Made by a program: the position numbers and the translations under genes. From Candidatus Omnitrophota bacterium (GTDB lineage Bacteria; Omnitrophota; Gorgyraeia; Pluralincolimonadales; Pluralincolimonadaceae): a DNA stretch of 64,000 nucleotides. Positions 27,293-37,467 of this stretch are shown piece after piece. The DNA lies in NCBI GenBank assembly GCA_041651455.1, contig JBAZJG010000002.1:49431-113430 (forward strand). Reading direction: 5' to 3'. Under the pieces are notes generated by a model that worked only from the letters and a program-made list of their open reading frames with translations, had not been told where the DNA came from and did no database searches. The first letter of the stretch is position 1, and the number at the start of each line of letters is the position of its first letter.

Positions 27293-27874
27293 ATGAAAAA
27301 GCTGGCATTCGCGCTTTTAGCGCTGGCGGTATGTTCTTTCGCGTCGGACGCGTTTTCGCAGGAGTTCGAGGCGGATATGGTAAACACCACCCGGGGCGGC
27401 GTTTATAACGCCCATATCAACGTGGGCAAGGACAAGATGCGGATGCAGACCGACGATAATATCGTCATATCGAGGATGGATAAGGGCGTAGCCTGGATGC
27501 TCGTCCCGGCGCAAAAGATATATATGGAAGAGACGATAGACCCGAAGAACATGCAGGTCACTTCCGAGAAGGTCAACGGCGAGGTCAACAGGGAGCGCCT
27601 CGGCGCCGAGACGATAAACGGGGTAAAAGCCGACAAATATAAGGTCACCTATGATGTAAACGGCATGGAAGGCACGATGTACCAGTGGATAGCGCCGTCG
27701 TTGAACATGCCGGTAAGAAGCGAAGCCGGCGACGGGAGCTGGACGGTCGAATATACCAACATCAAAACGGGCCCGCAGGACGCGTCGCTCTTCGAGATCC
27801 CCGCGGGTTACAATAAAATGGATGCGTATAACATGGGCGACCTAATGAAAGGGATGACAAATGAAGAAGAATAA
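27293..27874 (+). CDS. Hypothetical secreted protein (193 aa)
   Basis: Signal peptide MKKLAFALLALAVCSFA; overlaps the GH3 start by 14 nt, so probably in the same transcript. Confidence 0.5.
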   Translation: MKKLAFALLALAVCSFASDAFSQEFEADMVNTTRGGVYNAHINVGKDKMRMQTDDNIVISRMDKGVAWMLVPAQKIYMEETIDPKNMQVTSEKVNGEVNRERLGAETINGVKADKYKVTYDVNGMEGTMYQWIAPSLNMPVRSEAGDGSWTVEYTNIKTGPQDASLFEIPAGYNKMDAYNMGDLMKGMTNEEE

Positions 27875-30383
27875 CCCGCTCGTTTATTTTCTCGCTTTTG
27901 CGTTAGCGGCATCTTCCGCCGCATGCAGTGCTGCCCCCGCGGGTAGCGTCGATGCCGCGACCGAAAAGAATATAGACGGCATTATCAGCAAGATGACTAT
28001 ACAGGAGAAAGTAAAGCTTATCGCCGGCAACGAGATGGAGACCTACGCGATAAACAGGGCCGGGATACCGCAGCTGAAGATGTGCGACGGCCCGCTCGGC
28101 GTCCGCCACGGGCAGGCGACCGCGTTCCCGTCATCCGTATCGCTTGCCGCGGCATGGAACCCCGAGACGGCCTACGAGGTGTCCTCGGCGCTGGCCGACG
28201 AGGCGAAAGCCAGGGGAAGGAACATGTCTCTCGCACCGTGCATAAACATACACAGGGTGCCGATGGGCGGAAGGAATTTCGAGAGTTTCGGGGAAGACCC
28301 TTACCTTACCTCGCGTATGGCAGTCGCGTACATAAAAGGACTCCAGGACAAGAATGTCGTCGCGACGGTAAAGCATTACGCCTGCAATAACCAGGAATGG
28401 GAGCGCGGCACGATAGATACGATAGTCGACGAACGGGCGCTGCGCGAGATATACCTGCCAGGGTTCGAGGCCGCTATCAAAGAGGGCGGTTCGTGGTCGA
28501 TAATGGCCGCCTATAACAAGGTCAACGGCTGGCATTGCACCGAGAACGATTACCTCATCAACCAGATACTGAAGAAAGAGTGGGGCTTCAAGGGTTTCCT
28601 TGTCTCGGACTGGAACGCCACGCACAGCACGGTAAACTGCGCGAATAACGGCATGGACCTCGAGATGCCGAAAGGGGATTTCTTCAACGATAAGCTCGTC
28701 GATGCCGTGAAGAAGGGCGAGGTCAAGGAGTCCGTCATAGACGATAAAGTGCGCAGGCTCCTGAGGGTCATGTACTGGCTCGGGCTGTTCGACACAGGCA
28801 GACCGGAAGATAAAGGGTCCATAGACACGCCCCGGCACAGGCAGATAGTCCGCGAAGCCGGGCGCGAAGGTATAGTGCTGCTGAAGAACGAAGGCGGGAT
28901 ACTTCCTATCGACATCACCAAGGTCAAGTCGATAGCCGTGATAGGGCCGAACGCGGCCGTCTGCAGGTTCGGCGGCGGCGGAAGTTCGGAGATGAGCCCG
29001 TTCTATTCGGTAAGCCCTCTTGACGGGCTGAAGAAGAAGACCGAAGGGAAAGTCACGATAAATTACGCGCTCGGATGCAAATTCGACGGCGAGATGTCGC
29101 CGATCGACCCGAAATATGTCTACACGATGTATAACGGCAAGAAAGAGAACGGTTTCCTCGGGGAATATTTCAATAACAGGGACCTGAACGGGACCCCCGC
29201 GGTCAGGAGGATCGACAAGCAGATAAACTTCACCTGGGGCGGGTCCGCGCCCGACGGCAAACTGCCCGCGGACAATTTTTCCGTAAGGTGGACGGCGAAG
29301 ATCGTCCCGCCGAAGACCGCCAAATACGACATAAGCTTGATGAGCGACGACGGCTCGCGGCTCTTCCTGGACGGGAAAGAGATCATAAGTAACTGGCGCG
29401 ACCACGGCGAAGAGACGAAGACCGCCTCGGTCATGTTCGAAGCGGGAAAGGAATACGACCTGAGGGTGGAATTTTACGAGAACGGCGGGATGGCCTCCGC
29501 AAGGATAGGATGGGATACGCAGGAAGAGATGATGAACGAAGCCGTGGAGGCCGCGAAGAAGTCCGATATAGCGATAGTATTCGCAGGACTGTCGAAGCAT
29601 TACGAAGGCGAAGGATGGGACAGGCCTTCGATGCAGCTTCCGGCCGGCCAGGATGATTTGATAAGCAAGATCGCCGACACCAACAAGAACACGATAGTGG
29701 TACTGAACTCGGGCGCTGCGGTGCTTGTCAGGGGCTGGATAGACAAGGTCCCCGCGCTGGTCGAGGCGTGGTATCCCGGCCAGGAGGGCGGCAATTCCAT
29801 CGCTGATGTGCTTACCGGCGATTACAACCCGTCCGGCAAGCTGCCTACGTCGTTCCCGAAACGCTGGGAGGATTGTTCCGCATACCCGACGTATCCCGGC
29901 AAGAACGGCAAGACGTTCTACTCGGACGGGATATTCGTCGGATACAGGCATTTCGAGAAGGAAGGCAAGGAGGCCGAGTTCCCGTTCGGCCACGGCCTTT
30001 CGTATACGACGTTCGAATATTCTAACATGAAGGTGTCGCCCGAGAGGATATCCGACGGGAATATCAGCGCGGAGGTCAGTTTTGACCTGAAGAACACCGG
30101 CCCGCGCGCGGGAGCGGAAGTGGCGCAGATGTATATAAGGGACGTGGAAGCAAGCGTCGAGAGGCCCGTCAAGGAGCTTAAGGGTTTCAGGAGGGTGTTC
30201 CTCGAGCCCGGCGAGACCGTGCGCGTCACTTTCAAGATTGACAAGAGGTCGCTCGCTTTTTATGACGTGAAAGGCAAGGACTGGCTCGCCGAACCGGGCG
30301 AATTCGAGGTGCTCGTGGGCAGCTCGTCGCGCGACATAAAGCTCAAGAAATCCATTGAGCTGCAGAAGGGCAAGCTCATCTGA
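27861..30383 (+). CDS. GH3 beta-glucosidase with an inserted PA14 domain
   Basis: GH3 N- and C-terminal domain motifs (GFKGFLVSDW, SGAAVLV...VEAWYPGQEGG). PA14 segment GEYFNNRDLNGTPAVRRIDKQINFTWGG...FSVRWT. Confidence 0.9.
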   Translation: MKKNNPLVYFLAFALAASSAACSAAPAGSVDAATEKNIDGIISKMTIQEKVKLIAGNEMETYAINRAGIPQLKMCDGPLGVRHGQATAFPSSVSLAAAWNPETAYEVSSALADEAKARGRNMSLAPCINIHRVPMGGRNFESFGEDPYLTSRMAVAYIKGLQDKNVVATVKHYACNNQEWERGTIDTIVDERALREIYLPGFEAAIKEGGSWSIMAAYNKVNGWHCTENDYLINQILKKEWGFKGFLVSDWNATHSTVNCANNGMDLEMPKGDFFNDKLVDAVKKGEVKESVIDDKVRRLLRVMYWLGLFDTGRPEDKGSIDTPRHRQIVREAGREGIVLLKNEGGILPIDITKVKSIAVIGPNAAVCRFGGGGSSEMSPFYSVSPLDGLKKKTEGKVTINYALGCKFDGEMSPIDPKYVYTMYNGKKENGFLGEYFNNRDLNGTPAVRRIDKQINFTWGGSAPDGKLPADNFSVRWTAKIVPPKTAKYDISLMSDDGSRLFLDGKEIISNWRDHGEETKTASVMFEAGKEYDLRVEFYENGGMASARIGWDTQEEMMNEAVEAAKKSDIAIVFAGLSKHYEGEGWDRPSMQLPAGQDDLISKIADTNKNTIVVLNSGAAVLVRGWIDKVPALVEAWYPGQEGGNSIADVLTGDYNPSGKLPTSFPKRWEDCSAYPTYPGKNGKTFYSDGIFVGYRHFEKEGKEAEFPFGHGLSYTTFEYSNMKVSPERISDGNISAEVSFDLKNTGPRAGAEVAQMYIRDVEASVERPVKELKGFRRVFLEPGETVRVTFKIDKRSLAFYDVKGKDWLAEPGEFEVLVGSSSRDIKLKKSIELQKGKLI

Positions 30384-31339
30384 TGTTGATACGCGAATAC
30401 GTATCGCTTACGCTGTTCCTTTGCGTAGTGCTTGCCGTATATATCAAAGAAGCGTCGCTTATACTGAAGCTTATATTCCATAAGCTGGGCAGGCGGCAGG
30501 GGCCTTCCGGGTTCCTGTCCAAGCCGGCCGTTGCGGTGCACATCGTATCCCTCATAGGCATATTATGCATACTGTATGCCATGTTCATAGAGCCGCAATG
30601 GATAGAAGTCAAGAGGGTGGAACTGACCACGCCCAAACTGTCCAAAGCGCATATCAGGATAATCCAGATATCCGATATGCATTGCGATCCAGGCGACAGC
30701 AGGGACATGAAGGCCGCCGCGACCATCAATTCCCTTAAGCCCGACGTGGTCGTCTTTACGGGCGATGCCCTGAATACTGAGAAGGCGATGCCGGTTTTCA
30801 AGGCCGCGATGAAGGCGATAAAGGCCCCGTGGAAATTCGCCGTCACGGGAAATTTCGATTATTGGTTCATGCGCGGCAAGGACCTCTTCGGCGGCACGGG
30901 TTTCAAGGCCCTGGACAGGGAGACCGTGAAGCTGACGAAAGACGGAGAGTCGGTATACATCACCGGGCTTGATTTCGGGGAATGGAGGAGATGGCCGGAA
31001 GTCCTCAGCAAGGTCCCGCGCGGCAAATACAGCATATTCCTGTACCATAAGCCCGATCTCATCGAGGATATAAAGGGAAAAGTGAACGTCGACCTCTACC
31101 TTTGCGGGCATACACACGGCGGGCAGATCGCGCTCCCTGTCTACGGCGCGATAATCACGTTCGCGAAATACGGGAAGAGGTATGAGGCGGGGGAGTATAA
31201 GGTCGGCGGTACGGTCCTCTACGTGAACAGGGGGCTCGGGCTGGAAGGCAAGGCGCCGATCAAGGCGAGGTTCTTCGCCCGCCCGGAGATAACCGTGTTC
31301 GATATCAAGCCGGAGTCCAGGCCGGAGGCCAAGGAATGA
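30383..31339 (+). CDS. Membrane-anchored metallophosphoesterase (calcineurin-like, YkuE-type)
   Basis: ISDMHCD, VVFTGDALN and LCGHTHGGQIALP motifs. Confidence 0.8.
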   Translation: MLIREYVSLTLFLCVVLAVYIKEASLILKLIFHKLGRRQGPSGFLSKPAVAVHIVSLIGILCILYAMFIEPQWIEVKRVELTTPKLSKAHIRIIQISDMHCDPGDSRDMKAAATINSLKPDVVVFTGDALNTEKAMPVFKAAMKAIKAPWKFAVTGNFDYWFMRGKDLFGGTGFKALDRETVKLTKDGESVYITGLDFGEWRRWPEVLSKVPRGKYSIFLYHKPDLIEDIKGKVNVDLYLCGHTHGGQIALPVYGAIITFAKYGKRYEAGEYKVGGTVLYVNRGLGLEGKAPIKARFFARPEITVFDIKPESRPEAKE

Positions 31340-32115
31340 AAGCCGTCAAGTTCATGCTGAGGACCGCGTTGATCTTCGGTATCATGTTGTTCGCGGCCTC
31401 GTTCGTACTGAAAGACGAACTGCCCCCGAAGGATATGATATTGAAGGAGCTTCTGAGGAAGCCGGTACAGTCCGAAACAGACGCCGGGACATTCGACAAG
31501 AAAATGGGGGATTATACCTATACGATCAAGCCGAAGTACGATTATGAGCTTTACGGCCTGATTGTGTCGTACCACCACAGCTCGGTCTTCTGGGACATGG
31601 AGCATAAGGAGTGGCAGGACTACCTGAACAATAAGGATATAGGTGTCGTCTGGGGGGACAACATAAGCACCGGCGTATACCGCGATATGAAATTTACGAG
31701 CGGAAGCTGGACGCTGTATTGGGACGTAAAGTTCGGGACTATGCCGACGAAACAGCAGGATATATATACGAATTTCAACGCGTCAAGCATATCGAATAAC
31801 CATGTCCTCGCTGCGAACGACAAAATAGCGGCACTGATAATGAGCGCCGGTAAAGGCGACCAGATATGGATGAAGGGCTATCTCGTCGATTATACCACCC
31901 CGAGCTGGCAGGGCTCCTGGCGCGAATCGAGCGTTTCGAGGGATGATACCGGCTCGCATGCGTGCGAGGTCGTATACGTGACGGATTTCAAGATACTCAG
32001 GAAGGCGGACCAGGGCTGGCGCGCGGCATATGAGATGTCGAAATTATTGATGTTATCATCGCTGGTTTTATATATAATAGCGTTCAGCATAGAAGCGTTC
32101 ATGACGGGCAGGTAA
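31336..32115 (+). CDS. Hypothetical membrane-anchored protein (N- and C-terminal TM)
   Basis: ORF overlapping the phosphoesterase stop by 4 nt; no recognised family. Confidence 0.45.
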   Translation: MKAVKFMLRTALIFGIMLFAASFVLKDELPPKDMILKELLRKPVQSETDAGTFDKKMGDYTYTIKPKYDYELYGLIVSYHHSSVFWDMEHKEWQDYLNNKDIGVVWGDNISTGVYRDMKFTSGSWTLYWDVKFGTMPTKQQDIYTNFNASSISNNHVLAANDKIAALIMSAGKGDQIWMKGYLVDYTTPSWQGSWRESSVSRDDTGSHACEVVYVTDFKILRKADQGWRAAYEMSKLLMLSSLVLYIIAFSIEAFMTGR

Positions 32116-32134
32116 ACCAAAAGGAGATAATAAG

Positions 32135-32713
32135 ATGGGGAAATCACTGAAAGGCACACAGACGGAAAAGAACTTATTGGCAGCTTTCGCGGGGGAATCG
32201 CAGGCGAGGAACAGATACACGTATTTCGCGAGCGCCGCCAAGAAGGAAGGGTACGAGCAGATATCCGCGATATTCCTCGAGACCGCCGAGAACGAAAAAG
32301 AGCACGCGAAGGTTTTCTTCAAGTACCTCGAGGGAGGGGACGTCGAGATAACGGCGTCATATCCCGCGGGCATGATCAAGGACACGAAAGCGAACCTCGA
32401 GCACGCCGCCGCCGGCGAGAACCTTGAATGGACGACACTCTACGCCGATTTCGGGAAGACGGCCGCTCAGGAAGGGTTCCCGGAGGTCGCGCGTTCCTTC
32501 GAGCATATCTCGAAGGTCGAGCGTTTCCATGAGGCGAGATACAGGAAGCTCGCAAGCAATATAGCCAACGGCGAGGTCTTCAAGAAGAAGGCGCCGGTCA
32601 AATGGCACTGCAGGAACTGCGGCTATGTGGTCGAGGGAGCCGAAGCACCGAAGGAATGCCCGGCCTGCAAACATCCGCAGCCGTATTACGAGGTCCTGGC
32701 CGAAAACCTCTAA
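32135..32713 (+). CDS. rbr: Rubrerythrin
   Basis: Ferritin-like diiron motifs ([10 protein letters not shown]) plus a C-terminal rubredoxin-like CRNCGY...CPACKHP. Confidence 0.9.
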   Translation: MGKSLKGTQTEKNLLAAFAGESQARNRYTYFASAAKKEGYEQISAIFLETAENEKEHAKVFFKYLEGGDVEITASYPAGMIKDTKANLEHAAAGENLEWTTLYADFGKTAAQEGFPEVARSFEHISKVERFHEARYRKLASNIANGEVFKKKAPVKWHCRNCGYVVEGAEAPKECPACKHPQPYYEVLAENL

Positions 32714-33543
32714 AATTTATAGCAGCTCTTTATCTGGAAGTACTGCCCCTTGGGCGAGTTCCCGGTGTAGGCGTCATAAAGGTACGTGAACGAGAAACTC
32801 ATCCCCCTGATGCGCGTGTAGATATCCCCTCCGACGGAAAGCGTCCTGCGCTCGCTGCCGGCGGCCTTTATGCCGTTGCGCCTCTGCTCCCGGCTCATCA
32901 TCCAGTTGACCGACGGACCGAGTTTCAGGTTTTTCATCACGTTATAGCCGAGAAGGTATTGCAGGTGCAGTTCGTCGCCCGGGGCGATATCCTTGTCATT
33001 CTCAAGCCGGAAGTAATATTTTACCGCGGCATCCATGCTGAAATCGTTTATCGTCTTGCTGAAGAATACCACGGGCCTTATATCGACCTGGTGCGTCCCG
33101 TAATTCGTGCTCTTGTCCGAGGCGTATTCGCCGGTCGGCAGCTTAATGAAGAGCATCGGAAGGACATCGGCCTCCTTTATGGGAAGGAAATATCCGGCGC
33201 CCGCCGTAGCGTCGCCGAGGCCCCATGAATTCTTGTCTGTCGAGTCGACCCGCAGGCCGCCGGCGGGAAGCAGCGCCGTAACGACGAAGTCCGGGGAATA
33301 ATAACAGAAACGCAGGAGCTCCTCGGCTTTCAACAGCCCGTAACCTTTCTTTATAGCGCGGCCGTCTGAGCCGGTGACCTTGTCTGCCGTATAGACAGAG
33401 GAGTAGGTCAGGAAGTAAAGGCCCTTCGGCGCGCGGGCGCCGTCATAGAAGTTTACGGCGTGGGAGATATCTGGTATCATAATAATACAGGCGGCAGCTG
33501 TCAGGGCATACGCTACGGCGTAAGCCGGGGCATTATTACGCAT
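32710..33543 (-). CDS. Outer-membrane beta-barrel channel, MetA-pathway/phenol-degradation-like transporter family
   Basis: Signal peptide at [19 protein letters not shown]; beta-strand-rich; C-terminal F; family resemblance. Start trimmed to the ATG at 33543, which has a GGAGG Shine-Dalgarno. Confidence 0.55.
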   Translation of the reverse strand: MRNNAPAYAVAYALTAAACIIMIPDISHAVNFYDGARAPKGLYFLTYSSVYTADKVTGSDGRAIKKGYGLLKAEELLRFCYYSPDFVVTALLPAGGLRVDSTDKNSWGLGDATAGAGYFLPIKEADVLPMLFIKLPTGEYASDKSTNYGTHQVDIRPVVFFSKTINDFSMDAAVKYYFRLENDKDIAPGDELHLQYLLGYNVMKNLKLGPSVNWMMSREQRRNGIKAAGSERRTLSVGGDIYTRIRGMSFSFTYLYDAYTGNSPKGQYFQIKSCYKF

Positions 33544-33574
33544 TGTAAACCTCCTATATATTAATAGGTTTACA
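33544..33574. promoter_or_regulatory. 9-bp perfect inverted repeat TGTAAACCT-N13-AGGTTTACA in the divergent promoter region
   Basis: Read from the sequence, between the minus-strand outer-membrane channel gene and hemW. Confidence 0.35.
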
Positions 33575-33597
33575 ATTATATTACAACCGGGTGAAAT

Positions 33598-34725
33598 ATG
33601 CAAAAAATATCGCTGTATGTCCACATCCCCTTCTGCGCGAGGAAGTGCGCTTATTGCGACTTCTACAGCGTCGTATATGATGAAACGGCCGCGGACGCCT
33701 ACATCAGCGTACTTTGCGCGCAGATAAGCAAGATAGACAGGCCCGTATCAACCATATTCATCGGCGGGGGGACGCCGACGGTGCTCGGGATCCCGGCAAT
33801 GAAAAAACTGCTTCGCTGCCTCATGAAGCTTCCGGCGGAAGGCGCGGAGTTCACGGTTGAGGCGAACCCGGAGAGCCTGACCGCCGATAAGATAAAAATG
33901 TTCCTTGATGAAGGCGTAAACAGGATCAGTATCGGCGTGCAGTCGTTCCGCGACGATAAGCTCAGGAAACTCGGACGCATACATGATTCGAGGAAGGCCA
34001 GGAACTCGGTCCTCGCGGCCGCGAAGAGGGGCTTCAGGAACATAAACGCGGACCTGATCTTCGGGGCGCCCGGCGAGACCTTCGATGAGTGCGCCGAGGA
34101 ATTCGACGAAGCGGCGGGGCTGCCCGTGACCCATATATCGTGCTATTGCCTCTCGTATGAGAAGGGCACGCCGTTGTACGAAGCCAGGAAGAAGGGCGAC
34201 GTTGCCCCGGTTGAGGATGAATACGCGGCGCAGATGTATTCCTACGCAATGGATTTCCTCCCTAAGAGGGGTTTCGGGCATTACGAGGTCTCGAATTTCG
34301 CGAAGAAAGGGTATGCCTGCAGGCATAATATCAACTACTGGGAGAACAACGAATATATCGGGCTCGGCGCGTCGGCGGTGACTTATTGCGGCGGCGACAG
34401 GATGAGGTATATCCCGGATGTAAAAGAGTATATAGAGAAGGTCTCTTCGGGCGGACGGGCGTTCGTCTCGTCGGAGCGCCTTATCGGCGAGCGTAAGGCG
34501 AGGGAGACCGCGGCCGTGAAGATCAGGACCGCGGAAGGGATAAATTTCCGCCGGTTCAGGGAGAAGACCGGATGCGACCTAATGAAGCTCGAACCGGGTG
34601 CTATACGCAAGCTCTGCGAGGCGGGGCTCGTGAGGTTCACGAAGTCAAAAGGCAGGAAGACGGGCATCGCGCTGACGAAGAGGGGCTTTCTCTTCTGCGA
34701 TACCGTATCGAGCGAGCTGTTGTAG
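33598..34725 (+). CDS. hemW: Radical SAM heme chaperone HemW (coproporphyrinogen III oxidase-like)
   Basis: LYVHIPFCARKCAYCDF radical-SAM motif and HemN_C-like C-terminus. Confidence 0.85.
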   Translation: MQKISLYVHIPFCARKCAYCDFYSVVYDETAADAYISVLCAQISKIDRPVSTIFIGGGTPTVLGIPAMKKLLRCLMKLPAEGAEFTVEANPESLTADKIKMFLDEGVNRISIGVQSFRDDKLRKLGRIHDSRKARNSVLAAAKRGFRNINADLIFGAPGETFDECAEEFDEAAGLPVTHISCYCLSYEKGTPLYEARKKGDVAPVEDEYAAQMYSYAMDFLPKRGFGHYEVSNFAKKGYACRHNINYWENNEYIGLGASAVTYCGGDRMRYIPDVKEYIEKVSSGGRAFVSSERLIGERKARETAAVKIRTAEGINFRRFREKTGCDLMKLEPGAIRKLCEAGLVRFTKSKGRKTGIALTKRGFLFCDTVSSELL

Positions 34726-34790
34726 GGGGCATTGAATCTGCCGGTCTCCTGTGATATAATCGTAAACACTTAAAATAACGGAGGTAGACA

Positions 34791-35414
34791 ATGCATTCCA
34801 TCGCCATGAGCGAAAGGTTCTTGAAGGCAAGGCACGGCATATTCAGCTGGAGGTACCACCTCGCGACCGCGGAAAAGCTCGCACTGTCGTTCGCGATGGC
34901 GTGCGCTATCGCGCTGCTCGCGCAGGTCAGGATACCTCTGGCGTGGACGCCCGTGCCTATAACCGGGTCTACGCTCGGAGCGGTCTTTGCGGGCGTGCTG
35001 CTCGGGAACGTCTGGGGCGGGATAAGCATGCTCGTGTACCTTACGCTCGGCGCCGCGGGGCTCCCGGTATTCACGGGGTTCAAGGGAGGCACGGAGGTAT
35101 TCCTCGGTCCGACCGCGGGCTACCTGCTCGGGTTCGTCATCACCGCGTTCGCGATGGGGTATATTACCGATAATTTTACGAAGGCGAGGAAGTTCCTGCC
35201 GATGCTGATGATCATGCTCGCGTTCAACGCGCTGATACTCGCGCTCGGTTCGTTATATCTGGGCATTTGGGTGCACGCGGCAACGGGCCGCGCCGCGGGC
35301 GTTTCAGAGGCGCTCTGGATGGGGGCGATACCCTTCATACCGGGCGACGTGGTAAAATCCTTCGCCGCGGCCGCCATAGCGGGATTGATAACCCCCAAGG
35401 AGTCATATAAATAA
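34791..35414 (+). CDS. bioY: Biotin transporter BioY
   Basis: BioY family profile (PVPITGSTLGAVFAGVLLG...GPTAGYLLGF). Preceded by a TGaTATAAT extended -10 at 34762-34770. Confidence 0.8.
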   Translation: MHSIAMSERFLKARHGIFSWRYHLATAEKLALSFAMACAIALLAQVRIPLAWTPVPITGSTLGAVFAGVLLGNVWGGISMLVYLTLGAAGLPVFTGFKGGTEVFLGPTAGYLLGFVITAFAMGYITDNFTKARKFLPMLMIMLAFNALILALGSLYLGIWVHAATGRAAGVSEALWMGAIPFIPGDVVKSFAAAAIAGLITPKESYK

Positions 35415-35419
35415 TAAAG

Positions 35420-36772
35420 ATGCAGAAGAACGCCATACTTAAAGCCATAGAGGGTTTCTTTAAGTTTGGGGAGAACAGGACAGATCTCAAGACAGAGGCC
35501 ATCGCCGGGATAACGACGTTCATGACGATGGCCTATATTATTTTCGTCAACCCGGCGATGATATCGCAGGCCGGGATGGATTTCGGTTCCGCGATGACGG
35601 CGACCTGCGCGGCCGCGGCCTTCGCGACGATAATGATGGGCCTTTACGCGAATTATCCCATTGCGCTGGCCCCGGGGATGGGCGAGAACGCGTTCTTCAC
35701 TTATACGGTCTGCATCACGATGGGCATACCCTGGCAGGTGGCCCTCGGGTGCGTCTTCATCACCGGCGTCCTGTTCATCATACTTACGCTTACGAACATC
35801 AGGCAGATGCTCATCGAGGCGATCCCGGCTGCGATAAGGTCGTCGATCGCGTGCGGCATAGGCCTGCTGATAGCTTTTGTGGGGCTCAAGGACGCGGGGA
35901 TCATCGTCGCGCAACCCGCTACATTCGTGACGCTCGGCGACCTCGTGAGCAAACCGACCGCCCTCGCGGTGTTCGGGCTCATACTTACGAGCGTGATGCT
36001 CGTAAAGAAGGTAAGGGGAGCGATGCTGTGGGGGATCCTCGTGACCGCCGTCGTCGGCATACCGCTCGAGATCGTCAAATACCAGGGCTTCATGTCGCCG
36101 CCGCCGTCGATGGCGCCGACCTTCATGCAGATGGACGTGTTAGGCGCGCTGAAGATGGGCCTGTTGACGGTCATCTTCATATTCCTGTTCATGGATATCT
36201 TCGATACGGTCGGGACGCTCGCCGGCGTCGCGGAGCTCGGCGGTTTCATGAAGAACGGCAAGATGCCCCGCGTCGGCAGGGCGATGCTCTCCGATGCCGC
36301 CGGCACATGCGTCGGCGCGGCATTCGGCACCCCGACGGTCACGAGCTATATCGAGAGCGCCTCCGGCATAAGCAGCGGCGGGCGGACCGGGTTTACGAGC
36401 GTCGTGACCGCCATGTTTTTCATCGCGGCGATGTTCTTCTCGCCGCTCGTCAGGATGGTCGGCGGCGGGGTGGAGGTCTCCAAGGGCGTTTTCCTTTATC
36501 CCGTGACGGCGCCCGCGCTCATAATCGTCGGCTGCATGATGATGCAATCCATTACGAAGATCGACTGGAAAGATTACACCGAAGCCATACCCGCGTTCCT
36601 CGTAATGATAATGATGCCCTTGACCTTCAGCATCGCCTCGGGCGTCGCGATCGGCTTCATAAGCTTTGCCGCCATCAAATTCTTCAGCGGCAAGGGCCGG
36701 GACGTCTCCTGGCTCGTTTACATCCTCGCCGCGCTCTTCGTTCTCCGCTTCATCTACCTCCAAGCCAAGTAG
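35420..36772 (+). CDS. NCS2/AzgA-family purine (adenine/guanine/hypoxanthine) permease
   Basis: AzgA/PbuG-like N-terminus (TEAIAGITTFMTMAYIIFVNP) and about 13 TM. Confidence 0.8.
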   Translation: MQKNAILKAIEGFFKFGENRTDLKTEAIAGITTFMTMAYIIFVNPAMISQAGMDFGSAMTATCAAAAFATIMMGLYANYPIALAPGMGENAFFTYTVCITMGIPWQVALGCVFITGVLFIILTLTNIRQMLIEAIPAAIRSSIACGIGLLIAFVGLKDAGIIVAQPATFVTLGDLVSKPTALAVFGLILTSVMLVKKVRGAMLWGILVTAVVGIPLEIVKYQGFMSPPPSMAPTFMQMDVLGALKMGLLTVIFIFLFMDIFDTVGTLAGVAELGGFMKNGKMPRVGRAMLSDAAGTCVGAAFGTPTVTSYIESASGISSGGRTGFTSVVTAMFFIAAMFFSPLVRMVGGGVEVSKGVFLYPVTAPALIIVGCMMMQSITKIDWKDYTEAIPAFLVMIMMPLTFSIASGVAIGFISFAAIKFFSGKGRDVSWLVYILAALFVLRFIYLQAK

Positions 36773-36867
36773 GGAGCCATCCTCCGGGGGGACACCCTCG
36801 CAAAACAATTTGAAAGAAAACCATCTCCTTTTTCGTCTATTACGTATAAACAGAAAGGAGATTTGCC

Positions 36868-37452
36868 ATGCCAAGAAAACCCAGATGCCTGGTTGATGGC
36901 GGTTACTATCACATTATGAGCAGGGGACATAATAAATGTAAGTTATTCCATACCAGGAAGGATTATGAAAAATACAAGAGTTTGATAATTGAGCATAAAC
37001 GGACATTCCCCTGCGATATATACCATTATTGCCTGATGCCAAACCATGTCCATATCTTACTGAAAATTATGAATGGACGTAACTTGCCGGAACTCATGCA
37101 GCATATAAATCAGGAGTATGCAAGATATAGCAAAAGAAAACATGAAACTGTCGGCAATCTTTTTCAAGGGCGATACAAAGGTCTAATAATAGAAACAGAA
37201 GGATATCTTCTCGAATGCGGCAGGTATATTGAAAGGAATCCATTAAAAGCGGGACTTGAGACAGACCCGTCGCGATATATGTTTTCCAGCTATAGGTTCT
37301 ACGCGAAAGGGGAGGAGGATGATATGTTAACTCCCAATCCTCTTTTTGCGGAATTGTCTAGGTCCGAAGAAGAAAGGAGGAGAATCTACTCGGAATATGT
37401 GCTTAAAGAGAGGATGGAAGAGCATGTCAGAGACAGCAACTCTGGACCATAA
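36868..37452 (+). CDS. REP-associated tyrosine transposase (Y1 HuH, TnpA_REP)
   Basis: YHIMSRGH...YCLMPNHVHILL (HuH motif)...GRYIERNPLKAGL...Y motifs typical of IS200-like REP-associated transposases. Confidence 0.85.
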   Translation: MPRKPRCLVDGGYYHIMSRGHNKCKLFHTRKDYEKYKSLIIEHKRTFPCDIYHYCLMPNHVHILLKIMNGRNLPELMQHINQEYARYSKRKHETVGNLFQGRYKGLIIETEGYLLECGRYIERNPLKAGLETDPSRYMFSSYRFYAKGEEDDMLTPNPLFAELSRSEEERRRIYSEYVLKERMEEHVRDSNSGP

Positions 37453-37467
37453 GGAGCAAATGGAGGC

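Noticed and set aside
28131-29993. 620-aa minus-strand ORF, with similar long antisense ORFs at 61225..63027, 60695..61528, 20970..21914, 17116..17841, 18580..19302, 38832..39794, 39463..40512, 12728..13381, 8176..8748, 5585..6292, 7163..7756 and 36140..36874
   Set aside because: All lie antisense to genes with strong family matches (GH3, atpD/atpG, GH9, GH94, secretin, MATE, permease, the yhaM-like gene, AzgA). Their translations are Arg/Pro/His-rich and low-complexity, as expected for stop-poor antisense frames in high-GC DNA.
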